64,000 bases of DNA. It comes from Thalia democratica. Its lineage: Eukaryota. Under the pieces are notes generated by a model. That model did not search any database and was not told the origin of the DNA. It was given only the letters and a program-made list of their open reading frames with translations. A program made the position numbers and the translations under genes. The DNA is taken from NCBI GenBank assembly GCA_965202585.1, contig OZ241827.1, forward strand, positions 36,518,001 through 36,582,000, read 5' to 3'. Position 1 is the stretch's first letter. Each line of letters starts with the position of its first letter. Below are positions 49,801 through 58,800 of this stretch, one piece after another.

Positions 49801-52800
49801 GAGAGGTTAAACACTTATTATAGAAAAAAATGGTAAAAAATATATTATGAAGAAGAAAACTACAAAATATTATTTGAGATCTAATAAAAATCATTACTAT
49901 TTAATTCTACTAAATTACACAAGTCTGATTGAGTTTCTGTCTTCAGTGCACAAAAACTTAGTACAAACCAGGGGCGAAACCGGATGTGGAGAATTTAAGA
50001 TTTTGATTTTTATTTAATCATTTTATCAAGTAAAGAAGAATCATTTAACTGTATAAAACATAATTATCAATCAGCACTAAAATCTGCCAACTACAAATTC
50101 AATCTGACATACCAGAAAGCAAATAAAAGAACAAAAAAGTGCTTTATCTTGTTCTGATGAAGCGTGTTAAACGTTTGAAACTAGGTAAACATACCGAAAA
50201 TTAGTTGTTTTTTTGTATTATAAATATTCTAAATTAATATATAGTTTTTATTCATTTATACATTTATTTCATGCATGTCACTTTCTTTTCTCCGACTATA
50301 TATTCTTCATATTTTTTATGTGTTAGTTCCAAATTTAATTGGAAACCTGTAAAACCGTACTTTTTTACCTACTACGCCCAATAGTTCGGCTAAAGGTGTT
50401 CTTTTACTGCAGGTTAATACTTAGCATATAACCACCTTGTTGTTTTATGTTTTACATTTTATCTTTCATGTTAAACACAAACCCGCAGTTTATTAAATAG
50501 TTTAACTACTATATATTTAAAAGATCTGTATAACATCTTTAATTTAGATATCTGACTGCTCTTTTCTAAAAAAATAATTAATTCTTTGACTTATTATACA
50601 ATATATATGTAGTTTAAGTCATAGTAGTTTATGTATGGTGCTGTAATTTAGTTTAATGCTCAGGGCTTTGAAAGCTTAATAACAAGTTTGATTTTTAATC
50701 TTTGTTTTTTTATTTTTTTTAAACATTTTTTTCAAAATTTGATATTATTTTATAAAGTTACAAAGCTACAAAGTACTTTTTACAGATTATAAAAATTCAA
50801 AAAAATTTTTCAGATATAGCCGATCAAAGTCAGAGGCAGCAATAGGATCCTTATGGGAGGCAAAAATAGACTATTTCACTAAAAATATATCTTCTCCTAC
50901 GTTTTTTGAGATAACTACATCAAAATTTCAGGAAGTGTTCCTTAATATATTTAAAAAATTCTGTCGGAACAGAATTTTAAAAAAAATTAAAAAATAAATA
51001 TTTTATAACCAAAAAATAAAAAAATAACTGTTTTTTTTGTTTATTTTTTATATAAAATATTTATTTTTAACTTTTTTAAAATTCTTTCTGACAGAATTTT
51101 CTAAATATATCAAGGTACACTTCCTGAAATTTTGAGGTCTCAAAAAACGTAGGAGAAGATAGATTTTTAGTGAAATAGTCTATTTTTGCCGTTTTAGTTT
51201 TTGCCTCCCATAAGGATCCTATTACTGCCTCTGACTTTGACCCGCTATATCTCAAAAATTATTTTGAATTTTTATAATCTTTAAAAAGCATCTTGTAGCT
51301 TAATAAAAAATTTATAAAATAAGACCAAATTTCGAAAAAAAGTGTTTTAAACCTCCTATGCTCTTAATTACATATCAATTGAAAATTGGGTTATACTAAA
51401 GTAGACTCTTTTAATTTTTTACTATATTTTCATAATAATATAGATGTTATTGTATTGTTATTTAAGTATTGGTTTTTATTATTCATTAAATACTGACCAT
51501 GTCATTTCAATTATTTGACCACGACATTAATATAGTGACATTTAAATATTTTCTTCAAAACTTTAATTAGCTAAAAATATTTTATATTTATTTATCATTT
51601 AAATTTATTACTAAAGCTTAAGGCTAGAATTTTTTTCAAGTGGCATTTCGAACTATTTAAGTTAAAAGACATAAAAATAAACAAAATGTTTAACAAAAGT
51701 ATTTAACTGTAATGGAAATAAAAAAAAATTAATCGAGTGGATTTTATATGTAGAAATGATTTTTAGTTGTCAATTACTAACATTTTATTTATAAACATTT
51801 GTTCTTTTCTAATTATTATTTGTTATTTCGCAGATTAAATTTTCACAGAGTAAGTAAGTTACCATAGTGCCGCATCACTTAAAGAAGTAAATAACATTGT
51901 TTGAAATCTTTCATTGGAAGAAAAAATTCAATTAAAGTTAAAAGGAGGTCTGTTATTTACATAACAATAAACAAATATTGAAACATAATAGTAGAACTTT
52001 TATAGTAGAACTAGAAAATACTCTATTATTAAACAATTTAATTGTGCTGCCCTACTCAAAATATTCTAAACACGCCCCTGGTATATACATACAGAATTAG
52101 TTCAATTAATAAAATAAACATTTCATTGATCCCACTGAAAATAGTTCTTAAATAAATAAATTGATTTCTAAATGCAAAAATTAAAATGGTACATATGTTT
52201 TATGCAAAACAATCTTCAGCTGATGTACAAAAAATAAAATTTACAATTATTAAGTTTCGCATTTTGAAATAAACTTATTTTTAAACAAAAAAAAAAGTAT
52301 ACTACTTAGTTTACTTTTTAGATATTGACTTGATCGTTATATTATAAAAATTATAAATTTATCATAATTTTTTTAACAACTATAAAAATAAAATACTAAA
52401 CAGGATGATCTAAAAGTCCTTGGATTTTTTTTTATTAAAAAAACATTCATTAAAAATATTTCTTATCTTCTTAATTAAAGTAGCATTTAGTGTAGGGGTC
52501 AGTAAACTGCGGCCTGCAGGATAAATTCATCCAGCAATGTACTTATTAGTTAAAAAATAATTAGCAAAATAACTTAATTTTTTTCCAAGACATTTATAAA
52601 AAATTTCCAGCTTTTTAAATAAGGCTATCGACCCCTGATTTATTGTACTTTTAATCGGGTGTTTATTTAGCAAATCTGTGTCTAACTGCCTGACCTAAAT
52701 GAACTGATTCAGTCATTTAAACATAGTTTTACTAAACAAAAATAAGAATCCTAAAATGTATTATAGATACGTAGACGAATTATATTGCAATTTCGATTAT

Positions 52801-55800
52801 ACATCACAGATACAGAAATTTCATGAAAAAACTCAATAAAATTCACGAAGATATGAAGTTCACAAATCAAACCTGTAAAGAAAACAAATTACCTTGTCTG
52901 GACACACAAGTAAGAACAAAAGACAACAAATGTATTACCTTAACGTATAGAAAACCCATAAGTATAGATATGCTTATGTAGTAAAACTCGTGAGAGTTAG
53001 AAAGTTTCAATATATTGAATGCCTAAAAATAAAAGAATTTTAGCGGAGAAATCTTTCCAACTTATAAAATTTTTCCAACTAAAATTTATTGATGAACAAA
53101 CACAAACATAAATAAATTTTAAGACAAACGAGAATAAAAATACCAAAAAACATGAATAAACAATTTTTCATAAGAAAATAAAAATGGTAAAAACGAGAAA
53201 TGAAAAAACATTACTAAAACAATTGTAGATACATCGAGCGTACAAAACAGTGAAGAAATAAAATAATAATTTTACACAGATTCTATCAATCATTTATATT
53301 AAAGTTGCATAGTCTAAAATTTCACGTGTCAAGGTGATCTGAACAATGAGTATACTGGTGAGTCTGAAAGGCAACTATTTGTGATATAAAAGAACATAAA
53401 ACATTAACAGAGCTCCACGGAGTCTTCAACATCTAAAACTAACTATTGACAACTCAGTGGAACTGAGTTAACTTGTTTAACAGAGAGAAACATATGTCAG
53501 TTCAATTAAGAAAGAGTGCTGTACAAATAGTTTTTATTTCATATTCCAGCGAACTTGATTTGTTATAATCTTTAATTATTTAGGAAGTTGTACTTCTAAA
53601 ATTTTTTAAAGAAATCTGCAATATTTTTGCTTAAAAATCTACGACTAGTTTCAAAAAATCATTTTCAAGTAGATATAAGAATTATGAACAGAGAATTTTT
53701 AGTTTAGTATAAAAAAGTGAAAACATACAGTATAGTGACGTAACATTCATCTTTAATTTTAAGTAAAAAATAATAACATTTTATACCACTTGAATAAGTT
53801 TTCTTGAGATAAAGTAATATTTTTACGTACTTATTGAAATTTTAAAAGTAAGGTTTAAATAAAAAAGGAGAATTCAAATTATTTTGGAAAGATTGTGGCA
53901 CAAATTTGAATATACAAAAATAAGTTTAAGTATACTATAAAAATTTAAAAAAATTTTTAGTTTGATTGTTTATCTGTAAAAAGGTAGTATTGTTTTGTTC
54001 ATATTAATTTTAGCTTGTAGTTTATTTGTCCATTTGCTTTCTAAAAAATCTAGTTCTGCTTGATCTTCTGAGCTGTCCAAAAAAGTTATTGTGAAAGCAT
54101 TTTCAAATTCTTTAAATATAGTTGGATGATTTTTGTTATAATGAAGTTTAAGTGCAGCTCGATCGTTAACCTCGTTCTTATCCATGTTTTTCCAATTATA
54201 TTTATGCGAGCACCTATATCTACTTCTATATCACCAATTATATCTATTTAATTTTAAAAATTTTATAAGTACAACTTCCTAAATAATTAACTACGATCAA
54301 GAAAAAAAGAAATCCAATAAAGAAGAGTATACTGTGCTGGAAAGATTTAAGGTTATTTTGCAATTAGTTTGTATTCTTTATAATCTTTATTAACAAATAA
54401 TTAGCTTGAATTTTTGAATATTAATTTTTAAATAACTAGCTTTGTTTTGATTACTTTTTGTGTTAAAACAATCCGTTTTGTATTAATTACTTTTTAGTGA
54501 TTATTAATTGTAAGTTTTGATTACGTATTAATTTTATTCTGGTTTATGTTTGTTTCAATTACTAAGTATTTGTTTTTGATAAAGAAATAAGATGACTCCG
54601 AAAAGTAGCTATAAACTAAGAATTTTTATAATAACTATTAATCATTAGGTAATAGTAATATTGTCGATATAACATTATTATACATACTACTTATAAACTT
54701 TATATTAAACTAAACTTTTCAAACTTCATTACGACTGTAGTTAGCTAGTTAGTTTATTGAACACAAACTTTTAGTTTAATTGTTAATTTACGCTAACTAA
54801 ATGCTAAAGCAATTTACTCTTATTTATAAGAAACCTAGTTCTTTATTTAATAAACTAAAACTTTTTTTTTAATATTTTTTCTACCGATAAATGATGGTAC
54901 AACCTACCAAATAATAACATAACAACTTTCTTAGAACTTTTTAAACTATTAAGGCTATCTAATATTATTAGTGTTATCTAATTTAGTATTTGTGCTAAAC
55001 AGGCTGGACCCAGGTGCGGGCTGTAATTTGGTGATCCAAGATCTAAAATGTGTTTTTTAAAAGGCATATATTGTTTGCTTAGAGACAAAAAATATTACTA
55101 AATAAAAAAGTTACATAAAACTGTAACTATTCAAATTCAAAGTTTCATAGAAAATTATCTTTAATTAACACTTACCAAACCAATTATTCATCACAAATAT
55201 CCTGTCAGAAATATCACTTAACGAAATAAAAGGTATCTGCAAAGGGTTGGCTCTTATAACTTTAGCAATTTTGTTTATGCAAATGTTCCTAAAGGGTACT
55301 ATGACATCGTTTAATTTTAATTCAACTTCTGAAATTTCATCATTTTCAAGAAAATAAACGGAGTCCTAGAAGTAATTTATACGTTATTAATAATAAAGCC
55401 TTGTGTAGCTAAAAACTAGATTTTTTATTGCATACTTACTTTAGCTACAATTAGATATCCTTTTAAAACATGAAAAACCCCTTCAAACCCATTTCCACAT
55501 AAAACTGGACAAGCACCTATGTCTACCTTGAAATATACAAACTATACAAGACAATAGTTAAAACAAATTATAATATCAAAAACATTAAAGTAGTCCTTGC
55601 AAAATTTTAGACTAGATTTTTTTTACATGTTGTAAAGTTTTTTTTATCATACAATAAAATATTACTTGTTTAAACACAGATTCGACTAATGTGAACTGTG
55701 AAAATATATTTTGTTTTTATAAAAGTCTAAATAAACTAATCCGTTTTAAATATAGGATACTAAAATATTCTGTTTAACTGTTTAAAACTGTAACACTAAA

Positions 55801-58800
55801 GACTTTATTTAATACTACTGGTTTACTATATACTACAAGCTTTTAACCTAAGTACTTGTGTTTCACTGTATTAAAACTGTCACTTGATAAGTATAACATA
55901 GAATTCTTATAAATTACTCCATGTAAGTTGTTAAGTTTGGTAAAACTCATTGAATTACACACTGATTTATATATAGGTAAATCACTAAGTACTTCTTCTT
56001 TATATAACTGAGTTTGTAATAGTAACCTGCATAGTTAGTAAACAAATAAGTTTATTACTTAAAAGTACAAAAACTGTGAACTAATACAGTATATAAATTA
56101 CTTAAACCAAAAAAAAGATTAACTAAAATAATATTATATTACAACATAACAATTAGTTTTTACTTATAAGGTATATTTTTTGTAATCCTTTTTAAATTTT
56201 TAAAAAAGCTTTTGATTCAATATCACACAAAAGATTACTAAAAATTTTAAGTATATATGGGTTACATAAAAGCTTAATAAACTGGTTCAAAAAAAATTAA
56301 AATGATAGATCACAAACAGTACTCATTAATAATACGCTATCAGACCCTTTTACAATATTCAGTGGAGTATCACAAGGTGGTGTAATTGGTCTTCTTTTTT
56401 ATCTATATTAACGATTTTAATTTAAACATTGACATTCCAAGTGAAATTTGTTTATTTGCAGATAATATAAAAAAATTTAGTGAGTCAAATATTTGTTTAC
56501 AGTTTACTTTAGAATTTAGATAATACTTATAAATGGCTAAAAATAAGAAAGCTTGATTTAAATCCTAACAAATGTAAAATTTTAACCATTAACAAAAACA
56601 AACATTGCCCCATTGACATTTTAATCAAAAAAATTAAGATATCAACAGTTAATTTTTTTAATAATTTAGGAATATGTATCTCTGAAAATTTAAAATGGAA
56701 TGAACACATAAATTATTTATATAAAGTTGCACAAACTTAATGTTATCAAACATTAATAAGATTTAAAACTAATTCAGCTAGTATTGTAAAACTATTCAAA
56801 ATATACGTTTGTCCTAAGCTTGAGTACCACACCCAAATTTAGTGTCCCTATTACAAAAAATACACTATTGAAATTGAGTCTGTGCAATGAAATTTTACTT
56901 GTTTTAATTGTATTCGTTGTAACATATCCAAAAGGGTTGCATCTGTTGCACATCAAAAATAAAAATTTGGTAGTAAGCAAAATTAAACTTTTTTGCGTGG
57001 TAAATCACATAAATAGACAGCACAAAAAAAAGTTTCTACCTTTTACCACCGTCACGCTTATTTACACTTTTTCACCATTATTTGAGGTATTGGATATTTG
57101 TGTTGACACTTTGTATAGACTTGAGACACCCAGAATAAGCAAAAATAATTTTTGTGAACTTTTAAAGTTATCCACTAGTGGTGTACAATTTACATTTAAT
57201 TCACAAATGTATTCCCAACATGATGGAATAGCCATGGGATCCCCGTTAGGGCCAACTTTGTCAAATATATTTATGGGCTTTATAGAAAGAAAGGTGGTCT
57301 CTAAATACAAAGTAACTTATTATAGATATGTCGACGATTGTTTTGTACTAGGAAAAGATGAGAAAGAGATAGATGAACTTTTTAATGTGTTGAACAAAAG
57401 ACATTCTTCAATAAAATTTAATTCAGAAAAGGAAAACAATGATGAATTAGCTTTTCTTGATGTTTTAGTAAAACGACACAAGAATCAATTTTTGACAACC
57501 GTTTTTAGAAAGAAAACTTTCACTGCTAATTACTTAAACTTCCATTCATTCTTTAGCATGAAGAGAAAAACAAATTTAATAAGAACGCTTTGCCATCGAG
57601 CACATAAGATCTGTTCAAGAGAATTATTTGATGATGAAATAAAACAGATAAAATTGATATTAAATAAAAATAGTTATCCACAAGAACTTGTTAATAAAAT
57701 TATAAACTTACATCTTAATAGTTTGAACAAAATAAAGCCAGTAGGGCCGGAGAAATGCTTGATTCCTTTAGTATTGCCTTATGTCAATAAGAACTCAGGA
57801 GTGTTAGAAAGAGAGATTTGTATATTAGTAAGTAGGACGGATCATTCGGCCAAGCCGATTGTTATTTTTATATCGAAACCAATGTTCAGACCTGGAGGAA
57901 AAGATCCGATAGCAGAATTTAAACAAAGTATGGTAGTTTACCAGTTTAACTGTTTCTGTGAAGCTAGTTATGTCGGGATGACCTCAAGACAATTTGGCAA
58001 AAGAATAAAAGAACATATTCCAACAGGGTATCGATGAGTTTTGTATGAGTAATAAAAAAACTATATCTATTAGAGTAATAAATGCTTCAAAAAGATCTGC
58101 TATTTCTGAACACTTAGTAAATAACCTTGATTGTGCTAGTAATTATAATTTGAAAGGTTTAAAATTGTTAAAAATTTTTTCACATTTCGGATTTAATTAA
58201 ACTTGAGGCTATTTGTATTTTATTAAGAAAACCTAAGTTGTGTAAACATAAAGATTTTGATTATACTGTTTCATTGTTTTCTTAAATTGTTTTATAAGTT
58301 GTTGCTCTGTTTTATTATTTTTTAGTTGCATTGTAATTAGAAGTACTTATGTATTGTTAATTACTTTTTTCTTTATTATCATTAATTACGTTGATTGCAT
58401 TTCCACTATATAAGTTAGATTTAAAACTTTATTTTTATTGCTTAGTATACAACTGTTGAAAGAAGCATGAAATATATTTTGTTCTAAAAACTGAGTCTCA
58501 TTTAAATTGTTTGAAAAAATTTTTTGAAGAAACCAATAAATTCTAGTTAGTTGTGAATAAATTTAATTTTTTTGATTTTGTTTAGGTTTTTTTTTTCTTA
58601 AATTTCTGAATACAAGTGATCTTATTTAATTTTTTCTTCTTGTTTGTCCTGTTTACATGGCTCAGGTTTTGATGACTGAGTCCAACATTGCACTATAAAC
58701 AATATAATAAAAAATGATACAACAAAAACTATATATAACTTTTTATATTACTGCCAAACAAGGTTTCAAATTTAGTTTAAAGCTAACAAAAAAATGGATA

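Noticed and set aside
51863-51949. Minus-strand AG...GT-bounded segment with faint similarity to CATSPERG
   Set aside because: In-frame TAA; the corresponding region is encoded by exons 49612-49797 and 49440-49550
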